A stretch of 62,497 nt of DNA, filler included, from Chiloscyllium plagiosum (Eukaryota): assembly GCF_004010195.1 (NCBI RefSeq). It is 5 parts of one record of this genome, joined end to end, with 100 filler letters (N's around TTAATTAATTAA, not from the genome) between each part and the next. Parts side by side here need not be neighbours in the genome. Positions count along the whole stretch, not along the records: positions 1 to 19,871 come from NC_057710.1; 4 more parts are not named here. One strand, written 5' to 3'. The position numbers and the translations under genes are program-made. This document shows, piece by piece, positions 1 through 12,270 of this stretch. Position 1 is the stretch's first letter. Each line of letters begins with the position of its first letter. Under the pieces are notes generated by a model. It had not been told where the DNA came from. It saw nothing but the letters and a program-made list of their open reading frames with translations, and ran no database searches.

Positions 1-193
1 TCCAACGAATGCATGCTTGTAGATTCGTTGTATCAGTTAAGATTCTGTGAATAAACTGCTGTCTGTGTCTAATCACAGTTGTCAGTGTGAGTCTCTCCTT
101 CCAAAAGAACACGCAAAGACGGGACCCTCTGGGTCGGGCTTAACACTTCCGAAAGAACACGCAAAGACGGGACCCCGCGGGTCCGTCTTAACA
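1..193 (+). mobile_element. Probable 3' end of an LTR with a terminal 48-bp tandem duplication
   Basis: AATAAA at ~50; two 48-bp units (99-146, 147-194), each ending ...TTAACA, an LTR-like terminus. Confidence 0.4.
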
Positions 194-1729
194 ATACTCA
201 AATTGACTTGATTTTTGATTTAACTCAATTTTTGAGCATACTCACTATTTAAATATGTCATGTCAAATTTTAGTTAGATGTTAGTTTTAAGGTTTTGAAA
301 TGATTGCACAAATAGCATTTGAGGAAATCAACAGGCAGTGCCCTGTGAAATCCTGTCTTGTTTTGGTTGCTACACTGTTTATGAGGGCAGGAATGGCACC
401 ATTTCAAATTTAGCTATTCCTGTTCCAAACCCAAAGTCTCACAGTGGAATTTCTCCAGGCACGTGTTGTGTGAGAATGTTGGCAGAGTGATTGGATTTGA
501 GTTGACTGACACGCAGAATAATTTACTGTGCATCTGCTGGATCGGGCACAGTATTGTGAGACAGAAATAAAGGAGCATCAACGACACAAAATGAACTAAT
601 TGACATGCAGGAATGAAAATCTTCTTATTTTCGCAAAGCTTGGCCTCAAAACACATTATTGGGAACATGTAGATAATCTCAAAGTCTGGGGTCTCTGGCC
701 ACAAGCCTAATGGAGCTGCATTGCTATTGTCAGGGTTTATAAAGGACTAGATGTGGCCTGCATCCATCCTGGCCTTTTCATCAAAGCAATCTAAATGAAA
801 AGTTCCTATGCATGCTCAATATCTACACTACAGTGCTATAACCAAACGGCTGAAGTTATCAATGAACTGTTGGTAATCAACGTATAAATTCCAAATCGAG
901 CATTTATAGTAGAATGTCCATGTTTATAAATGAGGGAGTAAAGTGAATACCTAATGTCCATAATGGAATGAATTGAACACACACTCGACAGATTTTAAAT
1001 TTGCTGAGGGTCAGGTTTTGTGAAAATTTCTTGAGCATGACACAATAAGTTTAGTCCTATCATAACAGACTATTTGATCAATATACTAATGCTGCTAACA
1101 AAAAGTTTCATTTTACGTTTAAAAAGTCCTTTAAATTGCAAGCAATACTTGTTGAATATTTTACATTACTCACATTTCTACAGTAAATACAAAGTGGGTA
1201 CTTAATATTACTGCTAGGAAGTGAAATCTCTGCACAGGTTGGCATTAGCAGAAGATTATGAAGCATGACATTTAAAGTAAGTAAATAACTTGCATTTAAA
1301 CTGCACTCTGGTGGTGTTTTAAAGTAATTAACAAGAATAATCCTTAAGAAGAAAATAATTTCAAGGAGCTCCATAGCAATTTAATCCAGCACAAATGATT
1401 CAAGCAAGAAAATGGAAAGATTAGATGGATGAAGTTGATATTTAAGGACAGTCTTAAAGAAGAGTGGCAACTAGGCCAAAGCTGCAGAACTCACTTCCCA
1501 ATCGCACTTTGGGCATATCTGCAGCACATGGACTGCAGCAATTTAAGAAGTCAGTTCATCACGACCTTGGATAATTACAAAAGAGTAATAAATGATGCCC
1601 ACGTCTTGTGAACAAGGAAAAAGAGAGGCAGATGGAGAAATGGAATGGCTTGGCGAGGGTATTTCAAAGTCGCTAACCATTGTCATCATTTTCACGGGGG
1701 TTCTGAGGAACCTCTTCATTTTGGGTCTC

Positions 1730-2090
1730 CAGCCCTTGTTGCTGTGCCATGTGTGCAGCAGACGGCAACTATTCTCGAGATCTTCACTGATGAGTATTGA
1801 AAGGCTTGTCACACGTGTTCAGGTACCTGGGTCACAACTTCAGCTTGCTGATGGCTTGCTTAATAAGATATCTCATTGCCATATTGTTTGAGTTATACTC
1901 CTACTACTGATGGTCAGTGGCCTTTCTAAGGGAGGACATCAATCAGGTTGCCAGGTTTGAAGATCTGTGCTGTCTTTCTTTAAGGCTGGTTCTAGGCTTG
2001 AACACCTTGAGGATGTTAGACAGAGTGAAAGCATCAGGACAGCTCCCAGAAACTTTGGACAGACCTGAATGAACATTAATTGCTGATCAA
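1730..2090 (-). mobile_element. Harbinger/PIF transposase (DDE nuclease) relic
   Basis: With frameshifts it reads DQQLMFIQVCPKF-GSCPDAFTL...EYNSNNMAMRYLIKQAISKLKL...FQYSSVKISRIVAVCC, matching the Harbinger pattern PGSxHDAFIL / YN / LK / LQYSPxKVSRIVxxCC. Confidence 0.65.
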
Positions 2091-2206
2091 AATGCTTCTC
2101 CATCTTCCTTCTCTGGATATTTTCACTGATTTGCAAGAGGCACAATGTGGCTAGTTGACACTTATGAAAAGTTTCTGACTTATTCATCACAAATCAGTAA
2201 TTTACT

Positions 2207-2500
2207 GCATGGACAGGTTGGACCGAAGGGTCTGTTTCCATGCTGTACATCTCTATGACTCTATGAAAGAAGTCAACTCCTTGTGTCTGCGTGGGTTTCC
2301 TCCGGGTGATCCGGTTTCCTCCCACAGTCCAAAGATGTGCAGGTTAGGTGAATTGGGCCATGCTAAATTGCCCGTAGTGTTAGGTGCAGGGGTAAATGTA
2401 GGGGAATGGGTCTGGGTGGGTTGCGCTTCAGCGGGTCGGTGTGGACTTGTTGGGCCGAAGGGCCTGTTTCCACACTGTAAGTAATCTAATCTAATCTAAA
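2207..2500 (+). mobile_element. CR1/HER1 3' tail followed by a 5'-truncated HE1 V-SINE
   Basis: V-domain GTGTCTGCGTGGGTTTCCTCCGGG, tail GGGCCGAAGGGCCTGTTTCCACACTG and (AATCT)n. Confidence 0.85.
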
Positions 2501-3877
2501 ACTTTCTTCAGGCTTAAAGTAACTTCACCGCACAGAATAGAGAAAAATCCTTACCTAGTGGAGGTCTGAATTTCTCCATAAGCTGTTCAGCTACCTGAGA
2601 ATCAGTCACATAGTTGACAGCAGGCAACTCTGTCATCGATAACTGGAGATTACTCCACAATTCACTCGTCTCGTAGCTGGCTGAATGACCATTTGTGCAA
2701 ACTCTGCATCTCCAGCTCATTTGAAGACTACACTTTAACTACTTGTTAAAGTACCTGTGCAAACAGTGCTTACTAAACAGCAGTAATCCTTCAGCAATCC
2801 TTGTTTTGTAAGAGTTCTTTCCATTTCAGCTCATAATCAAAAATGCAAAAAAAAAATTTAAAAAAAAAGAAAGTCTTTACAAAACCATATCCCACAAAGA
2901 ACTGCTGAATATTTTTCATCTCCAGACTTTTAACCATCCAAATAAAGTGGTAAACAACCTCAATATCTTGGGTGTGTCAAGAGTCAAAGTTTATATGCTG
3001 TAGAAGTTCTGTGTAATTTTGTTACAAATTGAACTATTGAAAGCTGATGATGGGTTGGCTCAGGTTGTACAAATTTCTTTCAAAGAATTACTGGGGCGGT
3101 GTAGGGTAGTGTGGGTCCCATCTTTAATATCTAGAACCCTGAGTCCAGCCTTCTGTTTTGCTGATTATGGCCCATGCCAAATGTTGATAGCTATAATGGA
3201 AGGAAGAATCCGGAAAAATGTATTTCATTTATATCATCCTTTGAAGACCATTTTACAAAGCCAAAATTCACCCTGACGACACGTATGACTAGATTTCAGT
3301 CCGCAAGTAGTGACTCCAGTCAGTTGAAACCTAAAGCTCAAGTCTGTAAACATCCAGCATGCGTTCGTATTAAATAAATGGTAGTGCATCCAAAAGTTCC
3401 CCACATTGCAAAGTCTGCACATTCCACTCAGCCGAGCTGCCTTGCCATATTTCAACTGTATCAACTATATTCTTTCAAGTGGAATAGATTTTCAGTTACT
3501 CAAAACATGTCCTTCCACGACACTGAAGTAGATGTCACTACTGGACAATGAAGTAAATAAAATGACTGGAGTCACTGTTGGGCATGCATGAGGCAGAGGG
3601 ACTAGATGGGTAGTATGTTTAGGGAGGTAGTCACACCACAGTGATGGAGTGTTCAGGCCATTTAAAAACGGAGCAATTGCCAGGTAGTCAGAGAACCAGG
3701 CAAGTAGTACAGGAGTCCTCTGAGATAATATCGCTTCTACTTCAGTTTCGGAAATGGGCGGTGTTTCCTTGGAGAAATGCCACATCAGTTATTGCCAGCA
3801 GCCCGGATGTTTTGTAGTGGAGGGAAGAGAAGAGAAGAGCACCTCCGATAGAGGATTCTTTAGTTTGAGGATACATG

Positions 3878-4017
3878 AGAGAAAGTGAGGGCTGCAGATG
3901 CTGGAGATCAGAGCTGAAAATGTGTTGCTGGAAAAGCGCAGCAGGTCAGGCAGCATCCAAGGAACAGGAGAATCGACGTTTCGGGCACAAGCCCTTTTCC
4001 AGCAACACATTTTCAGC
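3878..4017. mobile_element. PLE-derived asymmetric palindrome (family B)
   Basis: 14-bp TSD tttgaggatacatg (3864-3877 / 4018-4031); short inverted arm; partial hammerhead motif on the minus strand. Confidence 0.8.
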
Positions 4018-4167
4018 TTTGAGGATACATGGGTCTTTCTGCAGCCATAAGTGTCACTCCCTGGTGCTATCACCAAGGATATCACAGAATAGCTGAAGGA
4101 CATTCTCCAGGCAAGGATTATACTGAGAAGTTGTGGTCCTTGGTCACACCAATGATTTATCATGGAA

Positions 4168-4507
4168 CCCCTGCAGTGTGGAAACAGGCCAGTTGGCCCA
4201 ACAAGTCCACACCGACCCTTTGAAGGGTATTCCACACAGACCCATTCCTCTACCTTATTACTCTACACGTACCCCTGACTAATGCACCTAACCTCCACAT
4301 CTCTAAACATTATGGGCAATTTAGTATGGCCAATTCACCTGACCTGCACATCTCTGGATTGTTGGAGGAAACCGGAGCACCCAGAGGAGGCCCATGCAGA
4401 CACGGGGAGATTGTGTAAACTCCACACAGAGAGTTGCCTGAGGCTGAAATCGAACCCAGGTCCCTGGTGCTGTGAGGCAGCAGTGCTAACTACTGAGCCA
4501 TCGTGCC
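4168..4507 (-). mobile_element. HE1-type V-SINE
   Basis: Reverse complement of tRNA-derived head, V core and LINE-derived tail. Confidence 0.9.
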
Positions 4508-4611
4508 ATCCAAAAGGACAATGAAGTCACCACAGTAGATTTCAGCAAGCTCGGAAAGCAATTGGCAAACAGGATCTTCAAAATAGTAATCTGGTCACAG
4601 TCTTACGTCCA

Positions 4612-6500
4612 CACTAACCCCATTTCCCTGTACTTGGCCGATATCCTTCTAAACCTTTCCTAACCATGTATTTGTCAAAATGCCTTTTAAATGTTAATGT
4701 ATCCACTTCAACCACCTCTGCTTGCAGCTTATTCCATATATTACTACCCTCTGTGTGTTTAAAGAAAAAGTTGCCCCTCAGGTTCCCTTTTATTCTTTCC
4801 CTTCTAACCTTCAACTGATGCTCTCTAGTCCTTGATTCCCCAACCCTAGGAAAAGGACTGAGTGCATTCACCATATCCATGTCTCTCATAATCTTACACA
4901 CCTTTATAAGGTCACCCCTCAGTCTCCTACACTCTAAGGAGGAAAGTCTTAGCTTGTCCAACCTCTCTCTGTAACTCAGACCATTGAATCCTGGCAACAT
5001 CCTTGTAAATTTCTTTTGTACTCTTTCCAGTTTAATGACATCCCTCTTATAAAAAGGTGACTAAAACTGAACACAAGACTCCAAGTCCAGCCTCACCAAA
5101 TTCCTGTATAACTGCAACATAACTTCCCAACCTCTATACTCAATGCCCTGACTGATGAAGGCTAGTGTGCCAAAAGCCTTCTTCACTGCCTTGTCTACCT
5201 GTGACTCCACTTTCAGAGAACTGTAGACCTGAACCCCAAGATCCCTCTGCTTCAATACACTGCTTAAGGTCCTATCATTCACCATAACACTCCTGCCTTG
5301 AATTGACTTTCCAAAATGCAAGACCTCACACTAATCCAAATTAAATTCCATTTGCCATTTCTCAGCCCACTTCCCCAGCTGATCAAGGTCCTGCTGCAAT
5401 TTCTCATAACCTTCCATACTGTCCATGATACCACCTATTTTAGTGTCATCTGAAAACTTACTAATCATCTCTTGTACATTCTCATCCAAATCATTGCTAT
5501 GGATAACAAACAGCAATGGGCCCAGTACTGACCCCTGAGGCACTCCACTAGTCACATGCCTCCAGTCTGACAAGCATCCTTCCACTATTACCCTCTGCTT
5601 CCTACCCTCTGCATCAGTTGTGTATCCAATTTGCCAGCTCCTCCTGTTTTCCATGTGATTGAGGCGGCATGGTGGCTCAGTGGTTAGCACTGCTGCCTCA
5701 CAGCGCCAGGGACCTGGGTTCGATTCCAGTCTCAGGCGACTGACTGTGTGGAGTTTGCACATTCTCCCCGGGTGGGTTTCCTCCGGGTGCTCCGGTTTCC
5801 TCCCATAGTCCAAAGATGTACAGGTCAGGTGAATTGGCCATGCTAAATTGCCCATTAGTCATGGGTAAATATAGGATAGGGGAATGGGTCTGGGTGGGTT
5901 ACTCTTTGGAGGGTTGGTGTGGACTTGTTGGGCTGAAGGGCCTGTTTCCATACTGTAGGGAATCTAATCTAACCTTCCAGAGCAGCCTACCATGTGGAAC
6001 CTTATTAAAGGCCTGACTGAAATCCATATAGACTAAGTCTACTGCCTTGGCCTTGTCAACCTTCCTGGTCACTTCATCAAAGCACTCTAACAAATTTGTG
6101 AGGCATGATTTCCCAAATAGAAAGCCATGCTGACTATTTCTAATCAAACCCTGTCTTTCCAAGTACATGCATATCTCAATCTTTTCAAGTAACTTACCTA
6201 TCCTAGGTGTTAAGCTTACTGGTCTATTGTTCCCAGGTTTCTATTTGCAGCCCTTCTTGAATAAGGGCACAACATTCGCTACCCTGCAGTCTTCCGGGAC
6301 CTTACCTGTGGCTCATAATGACACAAATATATCAGCCAGGACCCCTACTATTTCTTCTCTAGCCTCTTGCTGTGTTTTTGGATATATCTGGTCAGGACCA
6401 GGAGATTTATCCACTTTCATACACTCTAATACATCCAACACCTCCTCTACTGTGGTATGGACTGTCCCCAAGATATCACCACTAATTTCCCAGGTTCCCA
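4612..6500 (-). mobile_element. CR1/HER1 LINE, 5'-truncated ORF2 (RT)
   Basis: [50 protein letters not shown] and CR1 C-terminus across broken frames. Confidence 0.93.
5663..5972 (+). mobile_element. HE1 V-SINE nested in CR1
   Basis: A-box TGGCTCAGTGG, B-box GGTTCGATTCC, (AATCT)n tail. Confidence 0.92.
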
Positions 6501-6719
6501 AAAGTAGTGGTGATTATGAATCTATTATGGGTAGAAACAAGAAAATTTATAGTACTGGACAGGAAATTACCAGAGAAATGAAACAATTAATTTTTGCTTC
6601 ATTTCATAGAATCTTGCAGAAATATTAGGTTGCCAAGGGACATCTATAACTGAAAATACTTCATTAGTAAAGAGATAGAAATTCTTTTTTTGAAAAAAAA
6701 AATCTAAATCGAAGATTTA

Positions 6720-7250
6720 TAAATGTGATTTATTCCAGGTTTTTGAAGGAAGTTACTCTGGAAATGATGAATAGTTTTGTGGTGGTTATCTTTTGTAAGT
6801 TTATAAATTTGAGAAAAGTTCCTGTTGACACGAAGGTAACGTATGTTGTGCCACTATTGAAAGAAGGAAGGAGCACGGTAGAGAACTACAGCTTGATGGC
6901 TGCGATAGACAAGATGTTAAAATCTATCAGACAGGAAGAGGTAACTGAACATTCAGAAAAGAATGACAAAATTGAGCAAGACAGCATGAATTTATAGAAG
7001 AGAAATCACATTTGACAAATCTGTTCGAGATTCAAGGATGCTATGCAGAACATAAACAGAGCAGAATCAGAGGATATGGTGTATTTGCATTTTCAGAAGG
7101 CTTTTGAAAAAATTCCACACAGGAAGTTAATAAACGAAATTAGAAGGCATGGAATTGGGAGAAATATACTAGCATGAATTAAGAATTAGTCAATAGACTA
7201 ACAGCAGAAGTGAAGAATAATTAGGTCCTTTTCGAGATGGCACACTGTTT
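6720..7250 (+). mobile_element. Old CR1 RT fragment
   Basis: VPLLKEG, ENYS and VYLHFQKAFEKIPH remnants. Confidence 0.7.
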
Positions 7251-7640
7251 CCTCTGGCTGGTGGCCCTTGAACAAGAAACATAATCTCAATAAGGGGCAA
7301 TTCAGTTGAATTGATGGCATGAATTGTCATGGAGGATCTATGGGGAGGTTAATGAGAGGCCCTGGAGAGTAAGAGGGAGAATTCGGAGTGTATGTGAATT
7401 GGTGAGAGGTATGAGAGATGAAGGCTAGGGGAATGAATAGCTTGTAAAATAATGGGAATTAAGTCTCAAGAACTAATGCTGGCCTTCTAACCAGCCTAAA
7501 TCTCACTTTTCCACCCCTCACCACCTAAGATTTGCTTCTGGGGTCAACAGGCCCCCACCTTTTGAAGCCCCAGCTCCCTGGAGTGAAAATTAAGTTTAAT
7601 GGGGCCTTCTAAACTTGGATGGCTCCTTCAAATTTGTGTG

Positions 7641-7866
7641 CAAAGTTAAAAGTCACACAACACCAGGTAATAGTCCAACAGGTTTATTTGGAAGCACTAG
7701 CTTTCGGAGCACTGCTCCTTCATCAGGTGATTGAGGAGAATCACCTGATGAAGGAGCAGCGTTCCAAAAGCTAGTGCTTCCAAATAAACCTGTTAGACTA
7801 TTACCTGGTGTTGTGTGACTTTTAACTTTATCCACCCCAGTCCAACACCAGCGTCTCCAAATCATA
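7641..7866. mobile_element. PLE-derived asymmetric palindrome (family A) with hammerhead motifs on both strands
   Basis: ~90-bp inverted arms, ~35-nt tail, 11-bp TSD aaatttgtgtg (7630-7640 / 7867-7877). Confidence 0.85.
7695..7729 (-). ncRNA. Minimal type I hammerhead ribozyme motif
   Basis: CAC-CUGAUGA-A-GGAGC(AGU)GCUCC-GAAA-GCUA-GUG: intact core, 5-bp stem II, palindromic AGCU stem III, CAC/GUG stem I. Confidence 0.7.
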
Positions 7867-9575
7867 AAATTTGTGTGGTGCTGGAAAAGCACGTGACTCT
7901 AATCTCCAGCGTCTATAGTACCCACTTCTGTCTCCTCAAAATGTGCATGGTTACTTGACTTGAACTATCTACCTTGGAAGCAAAAGCAGTGTTGGGTCAG
8001 AAGGACAGATTTTACTATACAAATGAAGCAAAACTACATATGCTGGAGATCTGAAACAAACTGCTGAGAAATTCTGACCTGGTAGTATCTCTGGATAGAA
8101 AACAGTCAATGCTTTGAGTCCATTGTCCCTTCAGAAATATTAATAACTTAAAGGGCAAATTAAAACTTGCCTGCTTTTTGTTAAACTGCCCATAGTGTTA
8201 GGTACATAATCTCTTCGGAGGGTCGGTGTGGACTTGTTGGGTCGAAGGGCCTGTTTCCATACTGTATGAAAATCTAATCAAATCTAGTCTAATCTATTGG
8301 TCTGAGTTTAAAGCCAAATGTAACAGCAATGGAAGATTGAGAGTTTGGAAGTCATAGCAGCACCCTACAGATTACAGATCTATGCTCTAACACTGTGTCT
8401 GTTAACCTGTCAGACCAAGCACTGTGTGTAAGGTAATTAGTGAGAAAGCACCATATGCTTTGCATGAAAGCACAGCTCTGATTCTACAACTGCCTCTCAC
8501 TCTATCCAAAGACGCGGAGATTATGCATTGCTGTGCTCTTAAAAGGAACATAGATAAAATTCAATTATGTGCCTGTTGATTTAATTTTGTCTTGGTAAAG
8601 ACATGGGAATAGAAATTTTATTGAGACTGAAAATAAAATTGTGCAGCAGTGCACATTTGTTCAGAATGGGTTCATTTCTTAAAAGTATTTAAAGCAATTT
8701 CTGATCAGTGGAGGCAGGGGTGACATTGGGTTGGGCTGGTCACCCTGGAAACAGATCCAGGCAACCAGGATGGGGAGGGATATGTGAGTGCTGAGGCCAA
8801 TTGGTTTAAAGGCCCAGTCTGGCTCTTATTTTAGCAGCTCTCTAAGGCTCACTGTCCCTCACTCCTTATGCACCATCAACCCACACTCCTTTAATCCATT
8901 CACGACAACCCTGTTGCCTCTTACAACCCAATGCCTTCTCAAATAACTTTTCTTTTTCTGGTGTACATTGGATTGCATGCCAATTGATCCATTCAAACAG
9001 ATGTTTTTGTTTATTTCTCAAAACTTAAGCCTGTTTTAAGTTTCAAGTTTTAAAGAACAGGAAATTGAATGAGATTTCTTCAGTTCTCGCATGATAGGTA
9101 GGTGAAGGTGAGGGAGATGGTGATAGGTTAGAGGGGGTCCAGCAGATGGTGAAGCAGGGCTTGAATTCTATGCCTTTGGCACCTGCTGGACACCTGTCAT
9201 TTTGAGGTCTACAGAGTCTTCCTGATTCTGTGGGAAACCAGTTCTTAATGCCAACAGGAGATCAATAAAATACATGCAGAGTTTGCAACAACATATCATA
9301 AAATGGCTGAAAATGATTGTTGTCAAATGTCTGACTGCCTCGCTTCCAAAATTATCTTAGGAAGCCAGAAGAAAGCATCAGTTGTCTTACTTGCAAGAGA
9401 GTTTCATATTCATAGTCACGTGCTAAACTGTAATCCATCAAATCTACACAGATTTCTAAGCTTGAAATTGCTGAAGAGAAATAAGGAAACCTCAAAAACA
9501 CACACTTCCTGTGAAGGTTTCCGTCAACTCAATCTTGTCTGACCACATCATGACTGTACTGTCTGAGGGAATAGT

Positions 9576-10890
9576 GTCGAGAGTGTGTTGCTGGAAAAGC
9601 ACAGCAGGTCAGGCAGCATCTGAGGAGCAGGAGAATCGATGTTTCAGGCATAAGCCCTTCAAAAGGAATGAGACTTGTAGGTTGGGGTGAGAGATAATTG
9701 GAGGGGGATGGAATTGGGGGGAGGTAGCTGGGAAAACGATAGGCTGGTGAAGGTGAGGAAGATGGTGATAGGTCAGAGAGGGCAGTGATGGAGGGGTCCG
9801 GAGGGCGGTGCTGAGTTGGAGGCTTGGGACTGGGATAATGTTGGGGGGGAAAGGAAATGAGGAAGCTGCTGAAATCCACATTTATCCCGTGTGGTTGCAG
9901 GATCCCAAGGCGGAATATAAGGCGTTTCTCCTCCAGGCGTCAAGTAGTCACTGTTTGGCGATGGAAGAGGCCCAGGACCTGCATGTCCTTGATGGAGTGG
10001 GAGGGGGAGTTGAAGTATTCAGCCACAGGGCGGTGGGGTTGGTGGGTTCGGGTGTCCCAGAGATGTTCTCTGAAACGATCCGCATGTCTCCCCAATGTAG
10101 AGGAGACTGCACCGGGTGCAATGGATGCAGTAGATGACATTGGGAGAGGTGCAGGTGAATTTCTGACGGATGTGGAAGGATCCCTTGGGGCCTCGGACGG
10201 AGGTGAGGGGAGTGGTGTGGGTGCAGGTTTTGCACTTCCTGCGGTGGCAAGGAAAGGTACCAGGGGTAGGGTGTGGACCTGATGAGGGAGTTGTAGAGGG
10301 AATAGTCTTTTCGGAACACTAATAGGGGTGGGGAGGGACATAGTTATGTGGTGGTGGGGTCCATTTGGAGGTGGCAGAAGTGGTGGAGGATGATGCAATA
10401 TATGTGGAGGTTGGTGGGATAGAAGGTGAGGACCAGGGAGGTTCTGTCCTTGTTGGGTTGGGAGGAGTGGGGTTCAAGGTCAGTGGTGCGTGAAGTGGAG
10501 GAGATGCGCTGGAGGGCATCGTCAACCACTTGGGAAGGAAAGTTGCAATCGTGGAATAAGGAGGCCACCTGGGACTTTCTGAGGTGGAATTGGTCATCCT
10601 GGGAACAGGTGCGGCGGAGGCGGAGGAATTGGGAATAAGGGATGGTGTTTTTACAGGAGGTAGGGTGGGAGGAGATGTAGTCTAGGTAGCTGTGGGAGTC
10701 GGTGGGCTTGTAGTCTGTGTCTGTGGTTAGTCGGTAGCCAGAGATGGTGATGGAACGGTCCAGGAAAGGGAGGGAGGTTTCTGAGATGGTCCAGGTGAAA
10801 TTGAGGTCAGGATGGAAAGTGATGGTAAAGTTGATGAGCTGTTCAACCTCCTCGAGGGAGCACAAGGTGGCGCCGATACGGTCATCAATG
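9576..10890 (-). mobile_element. Penelope-like retroelement, 5'-truncated (RT C-terminal part, GIY-YIG region, pLTR)
   Basis: IDD..GA, LPFLD, YKPTDSHSYLDY.SSHP..CK..IPYSQFLRLRR; ADRFREHL...PVAEYFNS; family-B terminus; possible 8-bp TSD gggaatag (9567-9574 / 10890-10897). Confidence 0.92.
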
Positions 10891-11609
10891 GGAATAGATG
10901 AGTATTCTCTGATTTTGTTTGAGACTGACAGCTTGGACTACATCTACCATAGTCAGACACTTTTCTCATTTCTCCTTGATATCTCTTGACTGTGCGTTTA
11001 CTTAAATATTCTTCCAGGCTGGTGGCTCCTTATGCTTGAATAAGGCTTTTTCACTCTTCAGGTAGAGTCAGACATTTTTTTTAATTCAAGCCCATACATT
11101 ACTGATTTTTCAAGTTTAATGTCTAAGAGCTCTCGACATACTTCTAGTCTCTTGCTTTCTCCTCTGCTTTCCTGATGTCAGATCCTCAGTTTCATTATTT
11201 GCATATTTCATTATAATTATAACTCCCCACCCCACATCCCTCCAACCTCCATTCCTCTTTCATTGGTTTACATACTTTGAGTAAGTTACTTGTAATAGCT
11301 GTAATCATTAATGTCACCATTTAAATGATACTTTGCAATTCTATTTTGTTACTACTGAAGTGGACAACTCCACACTTATTCTCATTAAAGTGTAATGGCC
11401 ACTCACTCAATTTGTCCAAACCATCCTGAAGACTCTTCACATTCTCCTCATCGAAAGCATTCTGAAAAATCCACAAATAACTCTGGTCCATTGCTTCTCC
11501 CTCGTCTATTCTACTAGTTATGTTCTCAAAATCCAGTAGCTCTGTCAAACATGATTTCCCTTTCATGAATCCATGTTGGCTTGTATAATCCTACTTGCAT
11601 TTTCTAAGT

Positions 11610-11779
11610 ACCAGAACAGAAATTGTTGGAAAAGCTCAGAACTGAGGAAGGGTCGCTCAACCTGAAATGTTAACTCTGATTTCTCTCCACAGATGCTGCC
11701 AAACCTGCTCAGCTTTTCCAGCAATTTATGATTGTTTTTGTTTCTGATTTACAGCATCCATAGTTTTATCAGTTTTATT
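11610..11779. mobile_element. PLE-derived asymmetric palindrome (family C)
   Basis: 15-bp TSD ttgcattttctaagt (11595-11609 / 11780-11794); degenerate CUGAGGA...GAAA motif; short inverted arm. Confidence 0.75.
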
Positions 11780-11932
11780 TTGCATTTTCTAAGTGTCCTA
11801 TTATTACATTTGTAATCAATGATAGTATTTTCTCTTCTGTTGCAAAGTCAACTGGCCTGTAAATGCTAGTTTTCTCCCTCCCTCCTTTCTTTTTAAGAAA
11901 TAGTGGGGATACATTTTCTGGATTCCAGGCAT

Positions 11933-12270
11933 AGGGCAGCACTGTGGCTCAGTTATCACTGCTGCTTCACAGTGCCAGGGACCCAAATCGGGTTCAATTC
12001 CAGCCTTGGGTGGCTATCTGCATGGCGTTTCCATGTTCTCCCTATGTTTGTGTTCGTTCCTGTCAGGTGCTCTGGGATCCTCCAGGGTTAGGCCCAACAG
12101 TCATGCTAAATTGCCCTGTAGTGTTCAGGGGTATGCTGGCTAGGTGGATCAGCCATCACCAATGTGAGGGTATGGGGATAGGCTGGAGCTAGGTTTGAAG
12201 ATGCTCTTCAGAGAAGTACTGCAGATTCAATGGGCCAAATGGCCTTTTTCTGCACTGTAGGGATTTAATG
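11933..12270 (+). mobile_element. Diverged HE1-type SINE
   Basis: GTGGCTCAG A-box, GGTTCAATTCC B-box, HE1 body and tail. Confidence 0.8.

Larger units (their letters stand above)
3640..4600 (+). mobile_element. Decayed CR1 ORF1 (SGNH esterase) relic, interrupted by a PLE palindrome and a SINE
   Basis: Remnants of GDSLV (gaggattctttagtt), LPGA, KDITE..KDIL and VV..TND, then DFSKLGKQL. Confidence 0.55.

Noticed and set aside
7641..7866. Palindromes as miRNA hairpins or DNA-transposon MITEs
   Set aside because: They are asymmetric, with variable inversion points, long variable TSDs and, for family B, direct continuity with Penelope ORFs.
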